A DNA stretch of 64,000 nucleotides from Takakia lepidozioides (Eukaryota; Plantae; Bryophyta): positions 26,536,001-26,600,000 of the forward strand of contig CM060734.1 of NCBI GenBank assembly GCA_030704615.1, given 5' to 3'. Each line of letters opens with the position of its first letter. Within the stretch, counting starts at the first letter, position 1. Under the pieces are notes generated by a model. The model was not told the origin of the DNA, did not search any database, and saw nothing but the letters and a program-made list of their open reading frames with translations. A program made the position numbers and the translations under genes. This document shows, piece after piece, positions 24,981 to 35,630 of this stretch.

Positions 24981-27900
24981 TTTGACATCGACGGATTCTC
25001 CTTAGATAAACGTGGGGCCCCTGAGGATACCATCCTCTCGTTCTTCACCAGACTCATGTCTCAAATCCCTATCCAAATCCCCCGGTCCCGATCTCATCCC
25101 CAATGCCATACTCCAAGCTCTAGATCCTCATTTTCACTCTCTCTTAGTCAAAATTTTTCCACCTCTGTTATCGCCTACGACGTATTCCTCCATCTTGGAA
25201 ACATAGCCGTACTATCCTTCTCTACAAAAAAGGGGACCCACAGATCTCGGTAACTACCGCCCTATAGCTTTAGCCAACACCATATATAAACTCTTCACTA
25301 GTATGCTAACCACAATGCTCTCCTGCTATGGAGAGCAGCACCGCATTCTTAGTGACCCCCAAGAAGGCTTCCGTGCCACTCGTAGTACCACTCGCTCAAT
25401 ACAATATGTCCTATCCGCACTCGAAGACGCCAAACTCACTAAACAGGACATCTATCTCCTGTACATTGACTTTAAAAATGCCTTTGGATCTCTTGACCAT
25501 GTCCGATTCTTCCGCCATTATGACGGACCTGGGCTATCCACTGATGCTATGCAAACTCATCGGCAACATCTATACCGACAGCTCCACAGAATGTTCTGGC
25601 TCATACTACGGTTCCAATCCCCTTATCCCAATTTTGCGAGGCACTATCCAAGGAGATACCCTCAGCCCTTACCTGTTCATCATGTTCCTAGAGCCCCTTC
25701 TTTGATGGATCGACCGAGGTAAGATAGGCTACCGCTATACAATCTCTAACAATACCATCTCTGCAGCGGCCTACGCAGACGACCTTGCCATCCTCGCCCA
25801 CACCCCTCAACATATCAACCGACAAGCAGACAAACTATTTAGATTTAATCAAGGGTCTGGCATGGAGCTCAGCCTCCACAAATGTGTTTTTCACCGCAGC
25901 TACCCATCATAGCAAACTCACCAAAGCCACGACAGCCTCACACTACAAATTGTATATCCACTACCAAAACAAAAATTTCCCCTTCTTAGGCCCTGACGAA
26001 CCCTACACCTACCTAGGCATACAACTAGTCCCCTTCCGTACTTGGCACCTACAAAAATCCACTACAATCGCTAAATTGACTGACAGAAGTACGGCCCTCC
26101 CCAAATCCCCGGTATCCATCCGTCCAAAACTCTCCCTCATTCAAACCGTACTCAAGCCACAAGTCCAATACTCTTTCCACGCAGCCCCCATCTCTCTCCC
26201 AGATCTCAAATTAATTGACAAACACTTCATCCAGCTCACTAAATGCATTTGCGGCCTACCCACCAGCACCCCCAATGCTCTTACCCAGCTCCCCACCGAG
26301 AACTTTGGCAAAAAAAAAAGTATGACGCCTCCCGAAGGAAGCATAACTTATGGAGTCACTTCACCCCGAAGGGCTACTGCCTTCCGCTAGGAAGGTGGAC
26401 ACCTTCATGACACACCAGACCGTGGTTTGAACCCACAACCACATCCAACATGGTATGTGCCCATTACCACTGGGCTACATGCTGGTTGTCACAACTTTGG
26501 CATAGGTACTATCCCGCTACTTACCTCCTATGCCCGCACCCTGGGCAAGCAACTTCAAGAAGCCCTCAATGACCCTGGCCGGCTAGGCCTTATCTATAGA
26601 GGTCTCCTTCAATTCCTGGCTACCAAATATAACGGCCTCCACTCCCTACCCACCCTCCACCCTCAATCTTGCCTTCACTCCTACCACTAAAACCCTCTAC
26701 ATCCTCCGACAAATGAACATTAGCATACAAACCAATCTACCCGGCTACCCCAACACCATCTCACCTCTTGAACAAGCCTGGATTGCTAGCCCACTCCTCT
26801 CCACACTTGAAGAACAACATTCCCGCCAGAAGACGACCATACTTGCCTACTTTTAACTCCAACACATCACGACTCTCACCCAACTCACCACAGCCTCTGG
26901 CTGCAAACTTCTCTCACCCCGAGAATTCATTCTCAAATACTCCAAAGCAACTGTTAAGACATGCGGTTTTTGTCCATCCTTCATACCCTTTTTTGCCACA
27001 GGACCCCCTCATGCACCCTAGACTGTGATTTCCCATGTAAACTCTTGCCACATCACAAACTAGACCTCCTACCCAATACCGAACCAACCAACCCCCCTCT
27101 ATTCTCAGTAAAACTTGCCGCTTCCCCACCTACCCCCACCCTATACCGATCCCACCCCCCCACCCCCCCCCCCCCCCCCCACCCCCCTACCGGGCTCACA
27201 CACGGCCTACTACTCCCCGACCTAACCCCCCCCCTCCTCATCCCCGCCCCTCCCTCCTCGGAGATCCCCTACTGCTCAACCCCCCCACTCATCTCCCAGA
27301 TACGAACCCAGACAACCCGGAAAGCCTTCACCATCAACCCATCCTCGGAATCAGAACCCCAAACCACAACGACGAATTCGGCGCCCTATGTCTGGATACC
27401 TTTATCTCTGCAAGTGGGCCGGATACCCATCGGAAGACAACACCTGTCAATCGGAGGATGACCCTTTTGGATTCACCACGATTGTGACCCAGACCATAAC
27501 CTTAACCTCCTCATTGCTTTTCATACATCCACCAATACCAACTACCTAACCAATATCCATCAGCAACACACATCCCCACCCCAACAATAGACGCCCGATA
27601 CGTTCATACCCCCCTTCTTGCTACTAACGTGCATGTTTGCATTGCTGAATGCAACCCCAATAAAGACATCTCCCTTACACCACCCCGATCATTTGCCAGG
27701 ATCCCGCACCTGTCCAAATTATAGCCTCCAACGGCCGCATACATAGGGTCTTATTCCAAACGACCGCCTCGCTTGGCTCTGTCATAGATTTTCTACCTCT
27801 TCCCCCTCACCTAGTCAGTTCTTGCCAGCACGGCAAGACTTTGCAACAGAAGTCTGCTGGCTAGCTGAAGGTATCTAGCCGATACCCCCCTCAAAAAACC

Positions 27901-30217
27901 CCCGCTCCCTTATCAAGCTATCCTCTAGCCCAGTCACATACTACTCTTCTCCGGACATCCTAACACTTCTTATAGAATCTTTCACATTACACACTCCTAC
28001 TATTCTAGCCAGCTTACATGCCCTATGACACTTTCGTCTTACTCTAGCCCTGCACCCTACAGGACTATTTCTTTGGAGCCATCGGCCTGCATCCCAGCAT
28101 ACCTGGACTGGCCATGGCCTTGCACACCCCCCCCCCCCCCCCCCCCAAGGGCCCCATCTACAAGACGCACTTCAATGGGCACAACTCGCGGCACAGTCAT
28201 CCCCCTCCAATGCCACCATCCTCCTCCTCTCTCACCAACAAATGCCCAATGGTCCACACCCCCTCCACCAACTGCCGCCCGGAGTCACGCCCCTAGCCGT
28301 TATTGACCCAGGGCAACTCCCATATTCGCGCACCCAGCCCTCCCCAAATATCTACAACACAAAGAACCTACCTTAACCCTCATTCTGCTGGTCCACCGCC
28401 CTACCTTCTCTACCATCATACCAATACCTTCCCAGATCGCCTTCTCCACCTTCTCACACACACGCATGGCCTGAAGGCCACTATTTTCCCGACCCCCCCT
28501 ACTCTCCCGACACCCCTCACCCCATGCGTCCCAAGTTGTGGTGTCAAATGCTTTCCCGCCCACCCATCCCCCCTATCCCAACTATCCCCACGGATCTGCC
28601 AGTTTCTCGCACGAAACTTCCTCTCAAATACCCACCTGCCCACTCCCACTACACGGATGGCTCCCTCATTGCTGGTCCCCGGGCTGGTTACGGCATATAC
28701 CATGCCGCTACCAACCAACAGGAATCGCCCTACGTCTTCCAGGCCCGGCCACCATCCTCCGAGCCGAGCTCATGGCCATTCATGATGCCATTACCCAACT
28801 CTCCTCATTCTCCCCCCCCCCCACACTTATCTTTACGACAGCCTCACTCACTCTTTTCATCCATAACACCTCTCCCGCCCTTCCTCTCACCATTACCACT
28901 CTGACAGGAACCTTATATCCGCCATTGCCCATCTTGCCATCTCCTTAGACCAACCCATATACTTCATTAAAGTCCGCTCCCACCGGCATCACCGGTAACG
29001 ACATGGTCGACTTCTTCGCCCAGAAAGGGGCTACCTGTCCCGAGGTGAACCCTACGTCAGAACCCATACACGTTGCCCATACGCACCCCTTCTGGTTCAT
29101 CCACCCAGTTCCAGATCCCAATTTGCCTCGCCCTATCCGCAAATCTCTCAACCACCCTTACCCGCGAAGCCCATAAACAAGCCTCGACCTCCGCTAGCCT
29201 CACCAAGCTACATGTCCTGAAATGGACACACTCGGAGGTTCTTCATCATAAATTATCTATACCATTTCTGGCGCACCAATATCACCACAGATGCCCAAAT
29301 CAGGCAGACTCTCAAATTCAGATATGCCCAATACATGGGCCACCAACACAAACACACCTTCTGGCCACGTCTCTATCCCTCCCCAAATTGCCCGCTATGT
29401 GCGAACACACACCCGACCCGGGATACATGGCTACATTTGCTTAGCCTCTGCACACACCCTATCATTCATGGCCTCAGAGTCACCCGACATAACCATGCCC
29501 TCTGGCACATCCACAAACTCCACCTAAATAGACCTGAAACATGTTGGTTCTCCCTCATCAATGCAGGCACCTACCAGGGTAGACCTCCCGACCACACAAT
29601 GCCCACATGGCTACTACCATGCTCGTGTAGACCCCGCTCCCCCTGCACATGCCCTGCCCGACTCTGCCCCGACATCCTCCTGGTTCTCGGGTTGCCTATC
29701 GGCACCTCAGCTCCTAGCATACTGTCCCCTGAACTAACTATACACTTCATTGAGTTTACATACTGTAATGACCACTACCCCGCCTCCTCCATACTTGAAA
29801 AATGCCAAAAATATGCCCCGCTCATTCAGGCTATTCGCCATCGTGGCTGGTCTACCAGCCCCCTAACAGTCATTACAGCAGGCACACGGGGTGGAATACA
29901 CAATGCCAGTATCTTGCCCTTCACATGAACTTCAAAATCCCACTTATCCCTATCCACAAATGTTTTAAAGCTATCCACCTGATGGCACTCCGTTCCCTCA
30001 CTGCTATTACCACCAACAAAAGACAACTTGAGTCGCATACCTCTTTGACCTCCTGACTCCGCCTCTACCCCAGGGGTACCCTCCCCAAACCACCTACCCT
30101 AGGTCCCCGGGGTGCCTCCGGCACCCCCTAGCTTTATAGGCCCACCCCCGAAGGCAGTAGTCGCAAGGTGAAGTGGCTCTTAGTTACGCCAGTTGCAAGC
30201 CGGAGTCATCTCTCTCT
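24981..30217 (+). mobile_element. 5'-truncated RLE-type non-LTR retrotransposon (Dualen/RandI-like): RT - chromodomain - MTase-like - RNase H - CCHC - restriction-like endonuclease
   Basis: RT: KSPGPD, NYRPIAL, QEGFR, YIDFKNAF, GTIQGDTLSP, YADD (25772-25783), YTYLG. RNase H: YTDGS, RAEL, TGITGNDMVD. CPLC..H..C, RHN, PD..IEFTYCND, KCQKY. Ends in a (CT)n tail. Confidence 0.9.
26311..26492 (-). mobile_element. tRNA-derived SINE (~180 bp) inserted in the LINE, 10-bp TSD
   Basis: A box TAGCCCAGTGG (26477-26467), B box GGTTCAAACC (26433-26424), T-run tail, TSD AACTTTGGCA at 26301-26310 and 26493-26502. Confidence 0.9.
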
Positions 30218-33200
30218 CTGAACACTGCCCTGGCAGCTTTGGAAAAGGGGAAAGAGGTGCATGGCGACATCTTCAGAGCTGGAATTGTACCAGATATCAT
30301 TATGAACAATACCGTGGTGGACATGTTTGCAAAATGTGGGTGCATCTAGGATGCAAAGGGAGTGTTCGACACTATGGCTGAACGAGATGTGGTGTCATGG
30401 AGTGCGATGCTTGCAGGGTATGCACGGCAGGGACGTGGGATGGAGGCTTTGGAGGCCTATGAGCAAATGATGGGGGAAGCACATCATGTTTGTGTGCATT
30501 TGCAATGCTTGTGCAAGCTTGGCAGCCCTGGAGAAGGGCAAAGAGGTGCATGGGGATATCATCAAAGCTGGAATTGTACCAAATGTCAATCTGAACACTG
30601 CCCTGGCAGCTTTGGAAAAGGGGAAAGAGGTGCATGGCGACATCTTCAGAGCTGGAATTGTACCAGATATCATTCTGAACAATACCCTGGTGGACATGTT
30701 TGCAAAATATGGGTGCATCTAGGATGCAAAGGGAGTGTTCGACACTATGGCTGAATGAGATGTGGTGTCGTGGAGTGTGATGCTTGCATGGCAGGGATGT
30801 GGGATGGAGGCTTTGGAGACCTATGAGCAAATGATGGGGGAAGCACATCATGTTTGTGTGCATTTGCAATGCTTGTGCAAGCCTGGCAGCCCTGGAGAAG
30901 GGCAAAGAGGTGCATGTGGATATCATCAAAGCTGGAATTATACCAAATGTCAATCTGAACACTGCCCTGACAGCTTTGGAAAAGGGGAAAGAGGTGCATG
31001 GCGACATCTTCAGAGCTGGAATTGTACCAAGGTGAATGCCTGTCAGATTACTAGATGCAAAGAGGTGCATGGTTGCATCGCCAAAGGCAGCAGCTACAGC
31101 GGCCCGGTTGATTAAATCAGGCACCTCAACCATGACCACAGCTTCTGGAAGAGGATCAAGAGAGGGAGTCCACAATGCCTCTTCTGGCACTTATGGGCAT
31201 GTGAGATGCTTTGTGAGGCAGGTAGACTGAAAGAGGCTCTACTGACTTTAAACCATGGAGGCATTTCAGAAGATTCAGATACGTATGTTTGTCTCTTGCA
31301 TAAGTGCATCAAGATGAAAGGCCTTGAAGCTGGAAAGCAGGTGCACACTCACATGATCCAAAGTGCACGCCAAATATTTTTCTACTCAACACCCTTGTCA
31401 ACATGTATGTTATGTGCAGGAGCATCATGGATGCTCACCAAGTGTTCAACAGAATGCCTCAATGATCTTTCATCACATGGAACATGATGCTTGCAGGGTG
31501 TGCACAGCAGGGGCGTGGTACGGAGGCCTTGGAGAATGTGGTGAGGGCACCTTCTTCTTCGACCTATTTCAGCCTTTTTTTCCCTCTCATCAGACTCGGC
31601 CCTGCGATGCATATTGAATTGTCAAGGACAATGTGGTGAGGGCACCTTCCTCTTTGACCTATTTCAGCCTGTTTTGCCCTCTCATCCGACTCGGCCCTGA
31701 GATGCATATTGAATTCTGTAAGTTAGCTCGTTGGGTGGATCTGTGGTTGGAATGACTATGACCAATCACTGCGGATGTGGCTGCAGGAAAGTATCCAAAA
31801 CAAAGATAACAGAGATGAGGAGAAGGTGTGGAATGAATATTTTGTTGACCCCAGTGAATGGTGGGACAACCGAGGCAAAACGTTGAATGCCTATTATGCT
31901 TTGTGAGGCAGGCAGACTGACAAAGGCTCTATAGACTTTAAACCAATGAGGCATTTCAGTAGATTCAGATACGTATGTCTGTCTCTTGCTTATGTGCAAG
32001 GTCTGGAAGCTGGAATCAGGTGCACACTCACATTATCCAAAGTGGATTCATGCCAAATGTTTTTTCTACTCAACACCCTTGTCAACATGTAGGTTAAGTG
32101 CCGGAGCATCATGGATGCTCGCCAAGATTTCTACATAATGCCTCAGCGATCTTTGATCACGTGGAATATAATGTTGGCAGGATTTACCAAGCATGGGTGT
32201 GGTAGGAATGCTTTGGTGACCTATGAGCAAATGTTGCGCAAAGGGGTGAAGCCCAACCACATCACGCTTGCGTATGTTTGCAATGCGTGTGCAAGCCAGG
32301 GATCTCTGGAAAAGGGGAAAGAGGTCCATGGTGACATCGTCCAAGCTGGAATTGTACCAGATGTCATCCTGAACACTGCCCTGGTGGATGTCTATGCCAA
32401 ATGTGGTGCATTAAGGATGCGAAGGGAGTTTTCAACACTATGGCTGAACCAAATGTGGTGTCATGGAATGCGATGCTTGCAGGGTACGCACAGCAGGGAC
32501 ATGGTATGGAGGCTTTGGAGACCTATGATCAAATGATGGGGGAAGGGGGGCACCTTCTTCAATAGCAAGCGGCTACAAGTGGCTAGATGGTCAACTGAAA
32601 ACAGCAACGGCAGCAGCACAATTGATAGAACAAGGCCCACTGCTAATGAGGGTACCTTCTTCAACATATTTCACCATGTTTTCCCCTGCTATCAGAGTCG
32701 TCCCTAAATTTTCCTGTTGAATTCTGCAAGTTAGCTCGTTGGTGGATCTATGGTGGTGTTGGAGTGATTTTGACATGTTACTGCCAATGTGGTCGACAGG
32801 AAAGTATCAAAAAACAGATAATAGAGATGTGGAGAAGCTCTGGAATGAATACGTTTCCGACCCCAGTCAATGGTGGAACAATCCAGGCAAAGAGGTGAAT
32901 GCCTGTTGGAAGCAGACGCAAGTCAGCATAGGAACTAGTGCGATAAGTAGGGTTGGGGTGTTTGCTGGAACAATTCTAGGGTGTTATTGTCAGCTGCTAG
33001 CATCAAGGCAAGGATGTATTCATGATTTGTGCAGAGGCATGGATAGCTGAAGGAGCAGGGAGATCCAAGAGGGCCAGATTTCAAGCTCCAGATTCGCCTA
33101 CAATTCCCTGTGGAAGCAGCACACACCTCGCACGCACACACAAGAGGTCCTCTTGGGTGCATGGTCAATCAAATCCTCCATGGGTCATGACACAAGGTCG

Positions 33201-33433
33201 AGGACAATGTGGTGAGGGCACCTTCTTCTTCGACCTCTTTCGGCCTATTTTGCCCTCTCATCAGACTCAGCCTTGAATTTACATATTGAATGTTGTAAGT
33301 TAGCTCGTTGGGTGGATGTGGGGTGGTTTGGAGTGACTTTGACAAGTTACTGCTGATGTGGTAGCAGAAAAATACCCAAAAACAGATAACAAGATGAAGA
33401 GAAGCTTTGGAATGAACACTTTTCCGACCCCAG

Positions 33434-34175
33434 TCAGTGTTGTAGTTGCGAAAGGAAAGGACAGAGGAGGGATGAAGAGTGGGAGTGAAGAAAGCCGTTA
33501 CATGTATCCGGCAAGGGAGAGATGAGTATTATGAGAGCAAATAGAAGGTAGGACTGTGGAAATGCTTGGAGGTTTTGTAGGGTTTTAGATAGCGTTGGGC
33601 AAGAATTAGTGGGGAGTCCAAAGGTTGTAACATGGGCTATTGGTGGGTGGTGTGTGGATGGGTCGCAGGGGAAGAAGGGAGCAAAGTGGTCGGTGATATG
33701 TCGATAGTTATGCATTAGTGACATGGTGTTCGGCTGGAAGTATAATGCATATCTGTATTGTGCATCGATGGGGGACTCGCTGATGATTTCCTCGAGGGTA
33801 GATGGTCCGGGATTTGGATGTATGTCCCCACAGCGGAGAAGTAGGAGGGTCAGGCAGATGTCCCTGTATAGGTTGTTTGGTTTGGGGGGGTGATGATAAA
33901 AGTGTTTTGACTTATCTAGGGGATATCGACCTCGGGGGGAGTACATGGAGGGTAGGGTTTGGGATCCATGGCGGGGTTTAAGAGTGGCTGGCGGGGGTTT
34001 AAAGACACCCACTCAATCTCTTCCCAACACTCCACACCTTTCCAATCCACCACACCATTACACTAATTATCCAGCAGAGGTATGTATAAGAGCCCAAGGT
34101 AAGCGCTTGGGGGTTGGGATCCGGGGGTAGGGAGGTGGCTGGTGAGGCGGGTGGACGGGAAAGGGCAGGGGTGTA
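33434..34175 (-). mobile_element. Non-LTR retrotransposon fragment (likely N-terminal part of an ORF) with a 2A-like motif
   Basis: ORF 34012-33434 contains TLLLLRCGDIHPNPGP. C-rich sense strand like the LINE at 24981-30217. Replaces part of a PDF exon pair. Confidence 0.55.
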
Positions 34176-34410
34176 CACAAGAGGTCTTCTTGGGTTCATG
34201 GTCAGTCTAATCCTCCATGGGTCATGACACAAGGTCGAGGACAATGTGGTGAGGGCACCTTCTTCTTCGACCTATTTCAGCCTGTTTTGCTTTAGGGTCA
34301 GACTCGGCCCTGAATTTGCAGCACGGATCTCTGGCATGAGTTATTTACAGATCCTTCACGATGGTCTTAGCAGGTCGTGTTTCAATCTCTGCATGCTCAG
34401 CTGCAACGTC

Positions 34411-35630
34411 TGTAGAATAAAACTATAATCAACCCTAAAGAAAATGATCAATCAGTCTAGAGTTCGTTCGTTGGGGAAAACACTATACGACTGTAACATA
34501 ATGATGCCATGCTACTCTATTTCTCTTCATTCTCCCCACTGAGGACGTTCGACCATTACTTATCTCAATCTATAGCAACTAAGACCCTACCAGTTTCAAT
34601 GATATTTCCTGCATTCTCTATCAACTCTATCCCATTGTATGAGATCAAATATCATTGCTCATCTACTACCCTTCTCCAGTAATCTATTTGATACAAGGTC
34701 AATAGCTCTCGATACCATCCTTTATTCAACAACCATAAATTGATTCTCTCTCTGTCACTACATTGCAGTATTTTAAAAATATCTAACGACAAACTATTAG
34801 GCAGTCCAGTAATTAATTCTACAGGACACGCTATCCGTTCTCCTTCACACATTACTATCAATCACTCTTTATCACCAACCCTGTTTCCTCAGTTGCTTTG
34901 GGGATTTTTCCCTCAACGTTGTTCTCTGCCATGCAAATGATTTTCACTTCGCTGTTATGCATCTCCCATTAATCCAATTGAAGACTCTCTCTATCTTCAT
35001 TTCCTTAATCTGCTCCCTCATGAATTTTGGATATCCATCTATCGATATTTCTCTTGGTAGACCAGGAACCAATTCTCACACCGAATTCTTATCTTCTCCA
35101 TTTGTGCACATTTTCACTATCTCACATAATTATGGTTCTTCAATTCTTACACATAGGATCACATTCTCATCCCATCACTCCATTCTTCACACATACACAA
35201 AGTGAATTGGACTTCCTTTTTCTCCTTCTTCTATTCTATTCATTTACGAACGCAATCATCACAAGAATGCAGTACTAAATCTACCATTGAAGAATAACTC
35301 TATATTCTATCTCCTACTCACTCTACTCTCCCCTGCTCCGGTCACGGCTCTCTGGCTCAACTAACACTGTCTGCTTCACATAAATGCAATATATAGCAGA
35401 GTGCTCCAACAACTGTAATAACCACTCAACCTCTTTCATCCATCCTTTACAATCATTCATCCATTTCTTCTATCATCCAGTCCAGGATAGACTATCGGCT
35501 GCTTGACAAGATATCGAAGAATCACTGCTCTATCGCAGCAATATCGAAGGTATCGCAGAATATATCGATGGAAAAGGTATTAAAAAGTTCTTAAAGTTGT
35601 CACTGAGTCAGAAATTCCTATTATTCTACA
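34411..35630 (-). mobile_element. Solo LTR (1220 bp) with 5-bp TSD
   Basis: TGTAGAATAA...TTATTCTACA termini; ACGTC at 34406-34410 and 35631-35635. The joined flanks match the uninterrupted copy at ~8790-8845 (-). Orientation is taken from the PPT-linked copy at 42761. Confidence 0.95.

Noticed and set aside
26420-26490. tRNA gene
   Set aside because: A/B boxes are present but there is no convincing cloverleaf; the TSD and LINE-like tail indicate a SINE.
30180-30210. Twister or hammerhead ribozyme at the LINE 3' end
   Set aside because: GCCAGTTGCAAGCCGG only superficially resembles twister P4 and is not kept in the SINE version; no CUGANGA/GAAA core.
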